NCBI GenBank assembly: GCA_020137815.1
Contig: CM035356.1
Coordinates: forward strand, 2,356,001-2,420,000
Source: Hormiphora californensis
Lineage: Eukaryota; Animalia; Ctenophora
Direction: 5' to 3'
DNA: 64,000 nucleotides
The notes beneath the pieces were generated by a model. The model was not told the DNA's origin. It made no database searches and saw only the letters and a program-made list of their open reading frames with translations. Below are positions 49,697 through 63,654 of this stretch, in pieces (position 1 is the stretch's first letter; each line of letters starts with the position of its first letter). The position numbers and the translations under genes were made by a program.

Positions 49697-52600
49697 CTCA
49701 AACTGTCACACGTAGTACCTACATCATGTTGGGTGAGTGTGTGACAGTTTGAAACATCTGTGTACTTACAAGAGTCATTGGTTTGTATGGTTTGCAGTTG
49801 AAGCATTCCAGACAGCTTGCTAAGCACCCTTTTAACCCTGAATTAGTTGACCTGTCACCAGGCTCTGATAGTTGTGCTGAGAAGGAAGGGAAGTTAGGGC
49901 TTAGGCTTCTATACATGTACGATGAAAGGAAACAAGTGCAATTACATATTCAAGTATTACCTCTCATTTCTCAAAAACACTCTCAAATACCGATACTAAC
50001 GTTTGGTGGGTGGTTGTGTGAGGCAGATGTGTGCACTTTTGTTGAAGTGAGGTGTGGGAAGCTCTGTATCAAACCACCGTCCCCTCGCTGCAATACACAC
50101 AAAGGCAGCAGCATGAAGGAATGCAAGGTGGTAAAGAAGGTACCAGAAGTTACCCACTTTGAACTCCTCCCCCTCAAACCCGTACAGGTAGAGCAACTGA
50201 AAGGAAGGGGAGTTAATGGTAGAATGTAGGGCAGCAAATATAGGACCCTAATTTCTAGTGGTACCTGGGAGGGTGTTTTGGGGCAAGATGTGCCCTAATT
50301 TCTAGTGGTACCTGGGAGGGAGTTTTGGGCAAGATGTGCCCTAATTTCCAGTGGTACCTGGGAGGGTGTTTTGGAGCAAGATGTGCCCTAATTTCTAGTG
50401 GCACCTGGGAGGGAGTTTTGGGGCAAGATGTGCCCTAATTTCTAGTGGCACCTGGGAGGGTGTTTTGGAGCAAGATGTGCCCTAATCTCTAGTGGCACCT
50501 GGGAGGGAGTTTTGGAGTAAGATGTGCCCTAATTTCTAGTGGCACCTGGGAGGGAGTTTTGGAGTAAGATGTGCCCTAATTTCTAGTGGTACCTGGGAGG
50601 GTGTTTTGGAGCAAGATGTGCCCTAATTTCTAGTGGTACCTGGGAGGGTGTTTTGGAGCAAGATGTGCCCTAATTTCTAGTGGTACCTGGGAGGGTGTTT
50701 TGGAACAGTTCACAGGTGGAGTTGGACAGGACAGGGGGTCCTCCGAGTTGTAGATATTCACCACGAAACCTGGAAAATAACAAATGAACAAATAATAATT
50801 CAACAGTGATGGGAGTTAGCAATGGGATGTGGCAGTGGGGGGACAGTATAGTAATCAGGTTACACTTACTCTTGAATAGCATGTGGAATGGAGACAAGAT
50901 GGCAGCCCATTTAACAGGGAATGGCATGTATCTAACACGGAATATGTACCCCATGATAATAGTATTCACTGTGATGTAGATACCCGCCACTGCCTGTTGG
51001 ATCTGAGAGGAGAGGAGTGTTATTCAAAGTCACAAAACGTGACAGACAAACCTCTGACGAACTGAGAACCACACAATGGGAAACAAATAATTACTCATCG
51101 GGCCTTGAATCTGACCAACAAACTTCAATTTTAGACTCACCTCGAACTTCTGACTAACTGCCATGATGACCACCCCGAACACATGTCCCATACACCCTGT
51201 TACTACACTGATGGCCATGTGTACAAAGAATACCAGATTAGCTGGATTACCTGAGGGGGATATTTAATAGAGTTTGGGTTATCAGGCCTCAGGGACCCCC
51301 ATTTGATTCAGTGCGCTCAGATGGGGTCGCGGCGCCAGACAGTCAGGGATCGGATTGTGTGGCTCACACCTCGCTCTGTGACCAACTTTCCAAATTCACA
51401 GGAAAGTTTCCTTGGTAATCGGAGATATTTGAAGATACTAAGAGATATTTGGAAAGCCTCTATTAGTACCTGCCATGAAGTAAGTGGTTGAAGCGAAGGG
51501 TACACTCATAATAATCTCCACAGGTAGCTCTGCCAGCATCTTAGCGAGGTAGAAAGAGAAGCTACTGTACCACCTGTTATACATCTCCCGCTGGTAAATA
51601 CACATGTACCTGTTCGCTGGAGGAGGAGGAGGGTATTAGATTGAGAGGGACATGTTGTTAGCCTTGTTGTTTTCGAGGCATGAAATAGGTTATGTAGTTT
51701 GGATATTTTATGCAGGAGAGAAAGACACTGTAACCTCTTCTAGCTGCAGTAGCTCTATCTGCCATATCAGTTTACTAGCCGACACTGTGTCTGTTAGTAA
51801 ATTGATATGGCAGATAGACGTTCACCACAGTTTAGGGGGAGGCAGGGAGGGCCCACATTTCTAGGGGGAGGCATGGCAGGGAGGGCCCACATTTCTAGGG
51901 GAGACAGGGAGGGCCCACATTTCTAGGGGGAGGCAGGGAGGGCCCACATTTCTAGGGGGAGACAGGGAGGGCCCAAATTTCTAGGGGGAGACAGGGAGGG
52001 CCGTTATCAAACTTACTGCGTCTAGCCGAGGCGACCATAGCCCCAATAAAAAGAAATATGATGGAGAAGAAGAGATAGCCTGCATTTTCCCGGGCTGTTT
52101 GTCCACCAAGTCCCACCTCAAAACAGATCCCTCCCATGACAATACCTACCAGGGTATTGTATAGCAACCTGAGGAGAGGAGAGGGGATTGATAATAGGAC
52201 TTAGGAGTTGCTATAGCAACCTGGAGAGGAGAGGGGATTGGTTAGGAGTTGTATCGCAACCTGGGGAGAGGAGAGGAGGGGATTTGTTAGGAGTTTTATA
52301 GCAACCCGAGGGAGGAGAGGGGAGAAGTCACTAGGGGAATTGATTTGGAACATTAAAAATACCAGCAGTGTTCTGGGTATCAGGTTAGGAGTTGTACCGG
52401 TTGTTCAGCAACTTGGGGAGGATGGAAAATGAAACAAAAAACAGCGGTGTTTTGGGTATCATGTTCCAGAACCTCACCTGTAAGCTACAGCTCGGACCTG
52501 CCGGGCCAGGGCGATGGAATAACGACTACACATGCTGAATCCTTGGTACGTGTGAGTCAAACAACTCTGAAAGGAGTAAATACGTTAATGATTGATCCCC

Positions 52601-55600
52601 CACAGGGACTTCCAAACAAATATTTGCTTCTGTGGAAGATCACTATCCAAATAATAACGAATTTAGAGAGAAAGAGAGGAATTGGGGAGGACTTACTTTA
52701 GGTTTTGGTTCGTAAGTCAGATGATTTTCGGGTCCCACAATTTGCCTCCTACACCGTTCCTCATTGTACTCCACCTGGTGCCCAATATCATTGAGTGCAC
52801 AATGGGACAACACTGAGGGTGGGAGATATGGAATTACTACTATGGACAACTCGTTGAAGTATTTAAGATTGAATTAAACAGCCTGATCCTTGGTAGGATT
52901 GACACCCAACACCGACTAAAAGTAAGGCGCAGGACGTGACATAAGTCAAGTTATACAAAAGTGCTTCGCAAAGTTATCTCTAATTGTTCTACAGAGCTGG
53001 TAAAGGAGAAGAATGAACAACGTAAAACATGTTGCTGAATGACCTGATAGAAGTCTGTCGAAGCGAGTCTGGCGACCTACATGTAAAAAGTCTTCTGGTG
53101 AGAATTCAGTTAGCTTGAGTTAGAAATCAGTCAAAGAAGGTCTGTATTGTACTGGCAGCTTAGAATATATCTGTCTGGCAGCGCTAGAACCCGGTTTGAT
53201 TCTGTGTTCAGATCGGCTCGGCGCCGCCAGACAGCAGAATATCTACATAACGGCCGAACTGGCACTTTGGCTGTGTGCCAAGACTTACCAAGATGAATAT
53301 CAGGGAAGGTGGGGTCATCTGACGCATCTTTGAAGAACTTGGATAGATCCGAGGGTGGACCACTGTACACTGTGAACCCTTCTGCCAGAATATACAGCTG
53401 AAATGTATGAAGGTTATGTTTTGGAAATCATTCTCTGGTAGGTTTGACGATATTGGTATCAAGGTTGGCTGATAGTCTGAGCACATAACTTAATTGCGAT
53501 GACTGTTGAGTTCCCCTTGCATATAAACCGAGCGATTTTTCCCAACAAACCCGGGCAAGTAGAAACCCATTTAAGCAACACTCACATTGTCAATGAACTG
53601 AAGAGTTGCAGTACTGATCCCATTCTTCATGCACAATACCACTGCAATGTTCTCCTTTCTCAACAACATCAGCCTGTTCAGGTAGAACATCTGGTGCTGG
53701 ATGTTCAGGTCCCTGGGAGGAGGAGGAGGAGGAGGTTTAGTTTGGGAAACATATACATGCACTAGAGCTTGGTAGAACGTCGGACGTGGGGGATAGGGGA
53801 GGTTTAGTTTGGGAAACCAAGCACAGTTTTTCTTGTTAATTCACTAAAATCGCCCATGACCCAGATGTTACTTACCGAAGGGGATCCTGAATGAAAATAA
53901 AAGTTGGTTTTCGTAACAGCTCTGTGGCCAGGCAAAGAATTCTCTGCTCCACAAGGGTCAAATCGTAAACCTAGATGAGGAAAAGAATATTTAATTGAGC
54001 CCGTTATAGCTCTGAAAATTGAAGCACTAAGTAGAGACACACATATTCAATTAATAAAGACTTGGCCAGGCCCAGAATCACCCCCCATGAGATATCATAG
54101 GAAATACACGCACCTTTTTATTGAGTATGTCAGTAGTTAGAAGTAGATCTAGAATCTTCATTATCTCCTTGTTCCTGTCGTGCTCTGACAGACTTGAGGA
54201 ACAACATGCTATTGCTGAACACTGTGCAAGGAAGTGGAGGTGTCTTAGGTGTCATATCTCAGTTATGACTACATACTATAATATCCTTAGTTCAGTACTA
54301 CGGTGCCTATCATTCGGTAGAGCAAGGGCTCCCGCTTGAGGTAGGAAGGGGTAACTGAGCTACCAATTAATGATGTGTGTGTACCTGTAGTGTTTCCTTT
54401 ACAGTAAGGTGACTGATCATACAGTGATGGGGTAATGTAGGATGATCGCTTCCTTGAAGATCTGTGTAGTTCTGTCAATATTACCAACTTTTATCCTACC
54501 CTTGCTGTTCTTTACCCTGCAAAACAAAGAACTTTCTAGAATGGGGGTTGTAACAATGAAACAGTATTGTGTGAGTGTGACAGTGTCAACTGTCACTGTG
54601 ACAACGAACACAGAACTGCAGTACCTACTAAAGGGTGGGGAGTGTCGTGTCATGAGACTGAAAACACAGAGATGCAACTACTAGGTGTGGTATACTAACT
54701 TGATTCCCGCTAGGATCTTCAGTAGGGTAGATCGGCCAGATCCCGCTGGACCAGTAATAGCAGTAACCTGGCCACCATAGAATTCACCATAGCAACTGTT
54801 TAGTTTTACACCTCGTGCTGGGATGAAGGGGGGATGTCAATATTAATGTTGCCGGGGGATGGGGTAGGATCAATTCGTCCAGCCGGAATAAGAAATCAAG
54901 ATTTATTCACTGATTATGCGGCTAATAAACAATCAACCGATCCTTATTCTCTAACTCACTTACATTTGTAACAAGATAACAGATCGAAACGTAAACAGTT
55001 GTCAGGGTACAACTTTTGTTCCTTCACTTCCACCGCCTTGTCAAGGGTCCTGGAGAAGGATAATGAGAGGTTGTTAAGTGCACTAGATAATATCAGATGA
55101 AGCCGAAAGAGAGTATATAATGTGAGCAGTATTGGAGACTGGAAAGGGTACCAGGTACCTTCTTGTTGTCATGGCAATTTACAAACTCCACTGTAGTACT
55201 AGCCCAGCGCACAAGAAACACACATAAAGAAAGAAGTGAAATTGAAAGAGAGACAGGTCTGCAGAGTGCAATGTTGCACAGTATTTTAGTATCGCACCAC
55301 TATATGGCCATATAATAATAGTGTGCGAGTTTTAGTAGACACGTCAAGAGTGACACTTTACGCGGTGTTTCTCAGTTTCAATTTTAACACCGTCCCTATA
55401 CCGTTTCCTGTTTACACGCTTTTGTATTGTGTGATGTTCTATAATGGTAGCTACACACATGTCTACAGGCCCTCCTCTACAGAGTACAGACCCCTCTCTA
55501 TAGGGATCCAGTATAAATGTAACAAGATAGGATCCCTTATAGCTTACAAATGCTGACTAGATAATTTAACCATATCTCTGAAATAGCTCCGCAACTGTTT

Positions 55601-56008
55601 CTCTCTTTCACCTACAGTCAATTACCTTTCAGTATCACTGCTGTAACCAGGATCCCCAGAAACATCAGGACTGGCTCCCTGCTCTGCCGTTATCTCTCCA
55701 CCACCCCCATCAGGCCCTGCTGTTGATGTGGAGGGGGTCGGGGCGTCTCTCAGCTGCCCACTGCTGCTGCTACCAATACTCTGGAGGAGAGAAGGGATTT
55801 TAAAGAATTGAAACTGTTGTGATTCAAAGTTTGGAAAATTGCCCAACCCCGATAAGAGATACCTTCGTTACCCCGGCCGACTAACCTGCTGTGGAGAGTT
55901 GTGATCGACTATAAGATTGCTGTATAGAGGTGGTGACCCGACTGTCAGACTGTAGAGAGGATCTACCTCATCCATTGTTATCTCATCTCCACCATTAATG
56001 TGAACCAT
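49697..56008 (-). CDS. ABCG (White/ABCG1-like) half-transporter with degenerate NBD; possibly a pseudogene; ends uncertain (alternative ATG at 55172)
   Basis: NBD-then-TMD order. Motifs GEFYGGQVTAITGPAGSGRSTLLKILAG, HLTVKETL, LYILAEGFTVYSGP, NAGYLFFSIIF, YQREMYNRWYSSFSFYLAKMLAELP, IMGYIFRVRYMPFPVKWAAILSPF. More than 12 GT-AG exons. Confidence 0.8.
50246..50704. repeat. About 47-bp minisatellite, about 10 copies
   Basis: Unit CCCTAATTTCTAGTGGTACCTGGGAGGGTGTTTTGGAGCAAGATGTG. Confidence 0.95.
51833..52002. repeat. About 29-bp intronic minisatellite, 5-6 copies
   Basis: Unit CTAGGGGGAG(G/A)CAGGGAGGGCCCACATTT. Confidence 0.9.
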
Positions 56009-56867
56009 GGGACCTGACGCAGTAGTGGGTTAGAGTGGTGTGGTGTTGTTAGAGAAGAAGGGGGTGAACCATGGGACCTGCTGGAGAAGGGATGGAGTGG
56101 GTTAGAGAAAATCACCAGGGCCAGGGGTTGGTGTATCACAAAAAGGGACTGCGGAAATGCGAATCAAAATGGCTTCTAGGGTAAAACACAGAATATCGGA
56201 GTTGTGAGAACCGAGCTGAGGCAGCACAGTCTACATCAAAATCAAATGTGAAGCAGTGACAGTAAATTCAGCTACTATTTCTGCAACAAAATACGCTAAA
56301 AAACAGAGGTAAAAGAGGTAGCAGACTATCATATGCAACCTTGGAGGGGTGGGTAAGAAGATAAAGCACGTCACACAGACCATGTTGGAGATAAGGGGGG
56401 GTCTAAAATTACAGCCTGTCGAGAGACATGGTGAGTTACTGGGGAGAGAATAGGAGAGGGAGAGAGAGAGGGTATACGGGTTAAATGTTCTAGATCCCAG
56501 TATGGCATATCACCTATCAGGTAACAGGTTTCAGCAGTGATTTAACGATTTGTTTTTCTAGAGTACCTATTTTCAAGTGACAAATTAACAAGGAACTACT
56601 CACGGCACACATTAACTCTAGACTGCTAAATATTGGAAATATACATAATACATAATTTCGGCCAATGGCCATCCACTAGCTACAGAAGTTATGATACCCA
56701 GAGAGTGTAACTTGGTCAGGGTGACCCAACTTTTAGCTAACTTGATTTTTCACGCATCTCCGGTGGCGTACACATCATGATATAGAATTGTGCAGAACGG
56801 GGGGATGGGGGGCAGAGCATTGGATTACACAAAGGACAATGGACCTATATCCTATTGTCTTATATCC

Positions 56868-56978
56868 AGTTACTGGACTTAACTTACTGGACTTAACTTA
56901 CTGGACTTAACTCCTTCTGGACTTAACTTCTTCTGGACTTCTTCTGGACTTAACTCCTTCTGGACTTAACTCCTTCTA
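56868..56978. repeat. 14-17-bp tandem repeat
   Basis: CTGGACTTAACT(TA/CCTT) units. Confidence 0.85.
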
Positions 56979-57214
56979 CTCGATAAGGGCAGTGTACTGT
57001 ACTGACACTACACGCTCAGAATAGCAAACGGGTTGTATTGTGGACAATTATGATCAACTGAGTGAACTGTCTGTACATCATCTCACGAGTCACATCTGTA
57101 TTCAACTTCCAAATAATATACCCCGGCTAAAGCAAGGAAGGAGGAGGTACAATTAGTGCCCAGAGGTGTATCTGTCAGCAGGTGAGTAAACAAGAACACA
57201 CTGTTTGACTCTCG

Positions 57215-57250
<36 letters not shown>

Positions 57251-57442
57251 AATGTACTGGATATAGTAATGGGTCCTACTACTACAGGCTACAACTCTCA
57301 ACAACAATGACAGCTGCAGTAGAGAATTAGGTTATAGCTGTATCGCGATATTGTACACACACTGAATTAGTGCACTGTGTGTAATGCGGCTTGACACATT
57401 TAGTGAAGAACTGCAGAAAGAATGAGGGAGTGAGAGTGAGAA

Positions 57443-57545
<103 letters not shown>

Positions 57546-57749
57546 TAGATATGTAAACGAAATGTGAGATCGAGAGAGTGGAACATACACGATACAGAGA
57601 GATAGATAGAAGATCTGGCATTATACCATGTATACAATGCCCTGGTTGCCCAGAATAGCTGCACTGCAACAAGTGACAACAGAAAGGGCGGAGGAACAAA
57701 TTTTCAAGCATTGGCATGACAGCGGAGAAACAACGATTATCTCAGTTCC

Positions 57750-57936
57750 TATCACGGTCGCTTGTAGTGGGAAAACGGTAATGGAAAACGAAGATACAGT
57801 AAGACGACGCGCAACCGTGACCAATCAGGGCGCTAGTACGTGCTGACACATGAACTTTTTGCTGCGCGTTATGCACCGTGCGCGTCTCCTTACTGTATTT
57901 TGCGTTACCGTATTTTGACTGCAAGCAGCACTGTAT
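57750..57936. mobile_element. About 187-bp MITE, copy 2
   Basis: Same orientation as, and only a few substitutions from, 49158-49344. Confidence 0.8.
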
Positions 57937-58303
57937 AACTGAGAGTACGGCGAGACAGGCACGGAGAGTGCAGTCTTTTATGAGACAAGGCGAGACATAA
58001 CCACAGGCGAGACAGGAACGAAAATTGTTCCCCCTCAGGGCACATTAAATCAAAGACAACTTGTGATATAACTTAGAAAGAGAGAGAGATAGAGATAGAG
58101 ATAGAGATAGAGATAGAGAGAGAGAGAAAATGCAGAGCCTTCAAAGCTTGTTCTGACGATTGTGAAAGCATGAAACGATTATTAAATCTTGTATTACTTT
58201 GTGAGCCTTCAAAGCAGTGAATTCAGTGGAATTGGCTGCGTTGCATGAAACGAGTGTGTGTTAGGAAGTATACACATGTATGCCCACAGTGCTTGTTGAA
58301 GTG

Positions 58304-58383
<80 letters not shown>

Positions 58384-58768
58384 AAGACAATCAGGAGACC
58401 AGAGAAAAACAAAACAAAGTGAAGGGAGAATGACTGCACGTGAGACGGAGGGGAAGAGACATGTGTTCGTCGACAAAGCGAACTTGTTACGCATAAGTTT
58501 AAGGTTTCTTTCTTTCTCTCTCACTCTCCCTCTTCTTTCTAATTCTGTATCTCTCATGTCCGGCTTCTCTGATTAACGTGTAAAGTTAAAAGTGGAAAAT
58601 ATTTCGAGTTTTTTATAAACTTGGATTAGAACTAGAGGTTCCCGTACGAGTTAATGTGTGATTTGTACTGATCCTGTTATGGCTACAGAGTACACTGAAC
58701 TCTGTTATGGCTACAGAGTACACAAAGTGAACCGTAGTAGCGGGGGAGAGAGTTACTAATCTGGCCTC

Positions 58769-59015
58769 TGCAGTAGATCACTAGTTTTGTGCATAATTCA
58801 TGTTACACACAAAGATAATTACTGACTTTCTATGAGGGTATTTTTATTTTGAGGTTGCTAATTAAATACCAAAATAAAAGCACTATCTAATAATTAGATA
58901 GTGCTTTTATTTTGGTATTTAATTAGCAACCTCAAAATAAAAATACCCTCATAGAAAGTCAGTAATTATCTTTGTGTGTAACATGAATTATGCACAAAAC
59001 TAGTGATCTACTGCA
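58769..59015. repeat. Perfect 247-bp palindrome (123-bp arms, 1-nt centre at 58892)
   Basis: TGCAGTAGATCACTAG...CACTATCTAAT-A-ATTAGATAGTG...CTAGTGATCTACTGCA. Confidence 0.95.
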
Positions 59016-60294
59016 ATTAGATTCTAATTGACAGTTCACATAAACTCTAGTGACGTGTTTTATCAATAATCAATTTGCTGGCATCCGCATCATTCTACAC
59101 TGTGTGGCAGTGTTACGCATTAATGGGCCTAATAATGAAACACGAGCCAGCAAGAAAGGCAGCAGTCTGCGAGCCAAACACCTGGTGACACAAATATTTC
59201 CAGCAGAGGGAGGGGGCCTAGATGGGTCACAGAACAATAGTGCAACATGATATTACAGTTCATTACTATCATGGCCTATAATTGCATTTCGGGGAATTGA
59301 GAGACGATGGAAGATTGGAAGTGTATCGAGCTGGGGGGGGGGGGGGGGCAGTGGGGTGATCGGACTTAAAGAGATAGTTCGAGATGTACATAGGAAGAAG
59401 ATTTATAGCATCGACAACCATTTAAAGCGTCGAGTCGACAAATACGCTAAGATACTTAGTAAAAGGGGGAGTTAATAGAAAACACTGAATATAAATGCAT
59501 GGTATATTTCATATTCCTGCCTCTCATGATCGATAAGTGATCACCTTCGAAGAAGACAAATTCTGCGAATTGAAGTCATTGAACGAGAGTATAATTTGGG
59601 ACGGCGCGCGCACAATGTACCAAGTGTGGCATTGCGCGTTACTGACACTCTGAACCACACCGAACAGTGGCAAAGGGATGGACACGGGGAAGCGAAATAC
59701 ACAGGAGAAAAGAGAGGCATGTAAGAAGAAAACACCGATTTTCCTGGCATAATACTGCATGAGGGTATTTTTACCTTATTTCATAAGCCACATTTAGTAC
59801 TGCAACGTGTTTGGTTCGGTCTGAAGAAATTCCTGTGACGTGGGAGAGGTGGTATCAGATGTGAATTATAAATAGGGGTCAGGGTTATTCGTAAATTGGA
59901 AAATGTATTTTAATTACACAGTCGATAGTTAGGTCCCTTACCGTTAAGTGTTAATAGTGCTTCTTTTAGAGCCCCGTTTGTTACATAAGAACTAAATATA
60001 ATAGAGGTGTGAGTATAATAAAGGGAGCAGCTATTAAAAGAATCTCAATTGTTGAAGAAACTCTCTCTCTATCTCTCTCTCTCTCTTTCTTCACACATAC
60101 ATTCATCAAAAGCATTTAAATATCACTTAAGCTATTTTTTTCTTTGAATTCAGTAAATATTTCTCAAAAAGGCACAATAACACCCCATAACGTACATATC
60201 ATAGGTTAATGCAGAATACAGATCAATCACAAAACAAATCTCTCCAAGCCCAAATCTCTCCTACCCTCAAAACAAAGAACACAACTCAGGGGGT

Positions 60295-62830
60295 TCACAT
60301 ATCCCCAACAATAAACCTGATCCCCTTCAGGACCATATCACATATCATACTGTTCTGAGACCTAACCTCAATATCCAGAGAGTTCTCCACCACCGACATA
60401 ACTAGTTTTATCAGCGCTAGGTTCCCCACCCCACTAACGGTGTGTAGGAACACCTGACAGGGTTCAACATGGGGCGGAGTGATGGCCATAGTTGAGATAC
60501 CGTGGGAGAGAAACAGGGATGTCAGATCAGATGTTATCGAGATGGCCGTCTTGTTAAGATGGGTCATACTCTTGGATGAGGGCCAACTTCCACCCCACGA
60601 CTTTTCGTAATCTTCAGGTTTTAGGGGCGTACACCGGAGTGTTTTCAGGAAGTTTTGTATGCTCTGTTTATCTGCTTCACTCGTTCTAACCACTGGGGAG
60701 GGCTGTGTTTGGAGTGGTGGTCCAAACAGACTGGATAGGTCATCATTTAGACCTGCTGCGGGGGGCCTGTTAGGTACTGGGGCGGGGGCTTGTTGCGGTG
60801 AGAGGTTGAGTCCCAGAATATCATCTAGCTCGTTATTTGTTGTTTTGACAGGTTTACTGGCAGGGGTTTCAGTGACAGAGATATCAAGTAGATCGATTGT
60901 ATCAGCAACTTTCCCAATCTCTACCCCATCTTCATCCTTCTTATCTTCCTTATCCTCCTCCTTATCTTCACTCTTCTTCCCAATAACATCATCTCGACAC
61001 CTCACCGGATAAGTGTCAAAGTTAGTCATCTCTGTCGGTTTAACCTTGATCGGCTCCCTTGTCCCCTTCAAACAGGCCCTCTTGTTCTTGAGTGCCAGGT
61101 TACAATACACCCCTGCCCTGCTTCTCAATATAGGATCATCGTCCTCCTTGATCTTCCCCAGTAGCCCAGCCAATATAGCCCCCATCCCAGGTAGATCTAA
61201 CTGTTGAACACACGCCGTCAACAGGGCTGTTTTAACCTCACTACTTAGCCTGTCATATTCCTCAGAGAAACAGAACAACATAGACACACACTCGGGGAGA
61301 ATGTCACCGTGTTGGCCCAACATGGATAACAAGGCAATGTTAGCCTCGGCACTTAGATCGAACTCGGAACACCGCTGAAGAAGGGGTAGGACCACGGGGG
61401 CAGTATCTTCTACACTCATCACAATTCGTTCAATGCAGGGGAGAACTGTGGAGATTAGAGGGCCAGAGGTGGATTTTAGGAGGGATGCCAGCTGGAGGAT
61501 GAGTGACGTCATCTCCTCTCCATGGTGTAGGACACAGAATGTAACACACTCGACTAGATCTTGTGATATATCTGTGTGTTTGGGTGAATCTAGACACTCC
61601 AGTAACTCCCTAACAACCTCCCTCACATTCCTACCACACACGATCATAGTCAGCACCCTGATCTTCTCTATCTTCAGGTAAGTAGGGTCATAGTACTCGG
61701 GAAAGAAGGCTTTATAGTGACTAGCCAGGAGAGATACATCAGTGATCACCCTAGGGATCTCCAGACAGAACCAGTACGCAACCTCAGGCGGGGAGTGTTT
61801 AACTCTAAACAAGAGAGGTGCCTTTACACGCTCCACAAGTTGCCCCGCTAACTCCCCTACTGGTTCCCCCATGGTAGCTATCAGTCTTTGTAGCAGTTTG
61901 GTAACGTGTAGCACTACAGAGGAGGAGACATCATCGACAAACTGGTCTACCATGTTCAGAACATCCATTACTTCACCCTCAGACCGGGTCAGGTTTTCCA
62001 CATCAATAGCTTGGAGAACTAGAGGCACCTGCCAATCAGTGAAATCATTCAGCCTTCCCAGTAGTTTGTAGGCTGTGTGGTGCTTCAAGCAGTACCCTGG
62101 TCTAACTTGAGTGAGAGCTGTTATAGCCAACACAATCACTCTCTCATCAAAATCATTGACCATCTCCTCTAGATGGTGGAACATCATTTGCTCTTCAAAT
62201 ACATCTAAAGACAGCCCATGGACCTTGAGACACCCACCAATTGCTAGCCTCCTCACATACACACTACTATCACTCAGGGCATGTTTCATGGGTCCTGCAA
62301 TGTACTCAGCCAGGCTGGGTATACACAGGGATCCCAGGGTTTGGAGGGCGTGCCCACGGTGGATGGGGTCACTGTCGTGCATGATCTCTTTGGTTAGCTG
62401 GTTGACACAGAGAAGGGCGGTGTCCTGGTGGAGATGGGCATATTGGGCAGCAAACAAACCAATCAACCTCTTGATACTACCCTCCTTTACTTGAACCTGA
62501 TGGGGTTAGTTGGTTGTTAAAACGGGGAAGGGAGGAAAGAAGCGGGTTAGCATTAGTTTAGTTTTAAAACTATTGGCGAAACTGAATCAATAAGTTGTCC
62601 AATCATTCATTTTAGTCACATAGTTTTGGATACAAACTATTTTATTCATTATCGAAACTACCTAAACTATAATTTCTCACCTGGAGGACAATATCAGGGA
62701 AGAGAGGGGACATATCCTTGCCTAGATAGACATTAGCCATTATCTTGGACATGACCTTCTTCAGCTTCTCTAGATCCCCGTTGTGACTCCTCAACATGGA
62801 CCTCAGGTCCTCCAGCTCCGATGTCGACAT
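60295..62830 (-). CDS. AP4B1: AP-4 adaptor complex beta subunit (783 aa, two exons)
   Basis: Exons 62830-62681 and 62496-60295. Adaptin N-terminal motifs GKDMSPLFPDIV, DSDPIHRGHALQTLGSL, SVYVRRLA, HYKAFFPEYYDPTYLKIEKIRVL, DDDPILRSRAGVY; hinge plus short ear (PEDYEKSW) as in beta-4. Confidence 0.85.
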
Positions 62831-63654
62831 GTTGAGACGTGGCTAGAGGGGAGGGGAGAGGGGGTCAGAGAGTTAAGAGGTGGCTATAGAGACGGGGGGA
62901 GGGAGGGAGAGTTGAGGTAAAGAGAGGGGAGGTAAAGGGAGGTAGGAACCACAGAGGGAGGGAGAACGGTAGGACGAGGGAAAGAGAAGGAGAAAGGTAG
63001 GGCGAGAGATAGAAAAGGCTAGAAAAAGAGAAACTAGAAAGTGATAATGAGTAACAGGTGCCAAACGTAAGAATACAGCATAGCTTCTATACAGGGTGTG
63101 AACTGCATGTCGTGTTTGCTAGTCGCGAGCGCGCTTGCGAGACAAGCAAACACGTCAAGGTTCATTAACAAGCATGCTGCTCAGTCATTTTAGATTTAAT
63201 TCACAATGTAAGGATACCATGTAATAGGTGAGACTCTTGCCGTCACCCTCGTTCAAGTCCCGTGAAAAACGGAGCAGTACACGCAAATTGATGCCAATTT
63301 TCCTCGCGTGACCCCGATTCAGCAGTTTGAGACACCAACTCTTTAGGGGGCCATATCTCAGGAACCAGACAAGATAGGAAAAATCGCCGTCTAACGAGGC
63401 GTACAGTTTTTAATCTAGTTTACCACTGTACCGGCCGTTTCACTCTCCGACCTAAAACAAAAATCGCAACCCCACAAAACTTCAAAATAATGAAATTCGC
63501 ATCTCGCATGTCGTGTTGCATGTCGTGTTGCATGTCGTGTCATGTTATTGACGCGCTCGCGTTCAACTCTCACACAGCAGCTGCAGAACATGGCGGGAAA
63601 CATCGAGGAGTAGAGAGAGGGTCGGTGCCGAATCAAATATTTCTTGATCTTGAT

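Noticed and set aside
60659-62494. Plus-strand ORFs opposite AP4B1 (and those opposite RPL22)
   Set aside because: Antisense shadows of real coding sequence.
63090-63620. Possible MITE or first exon (TACAGGGTG start, GCATGTCGTGTT x3, ATGGCG at 63590)
   Set aside because: No matching second TIR or convincing splice continuation found.
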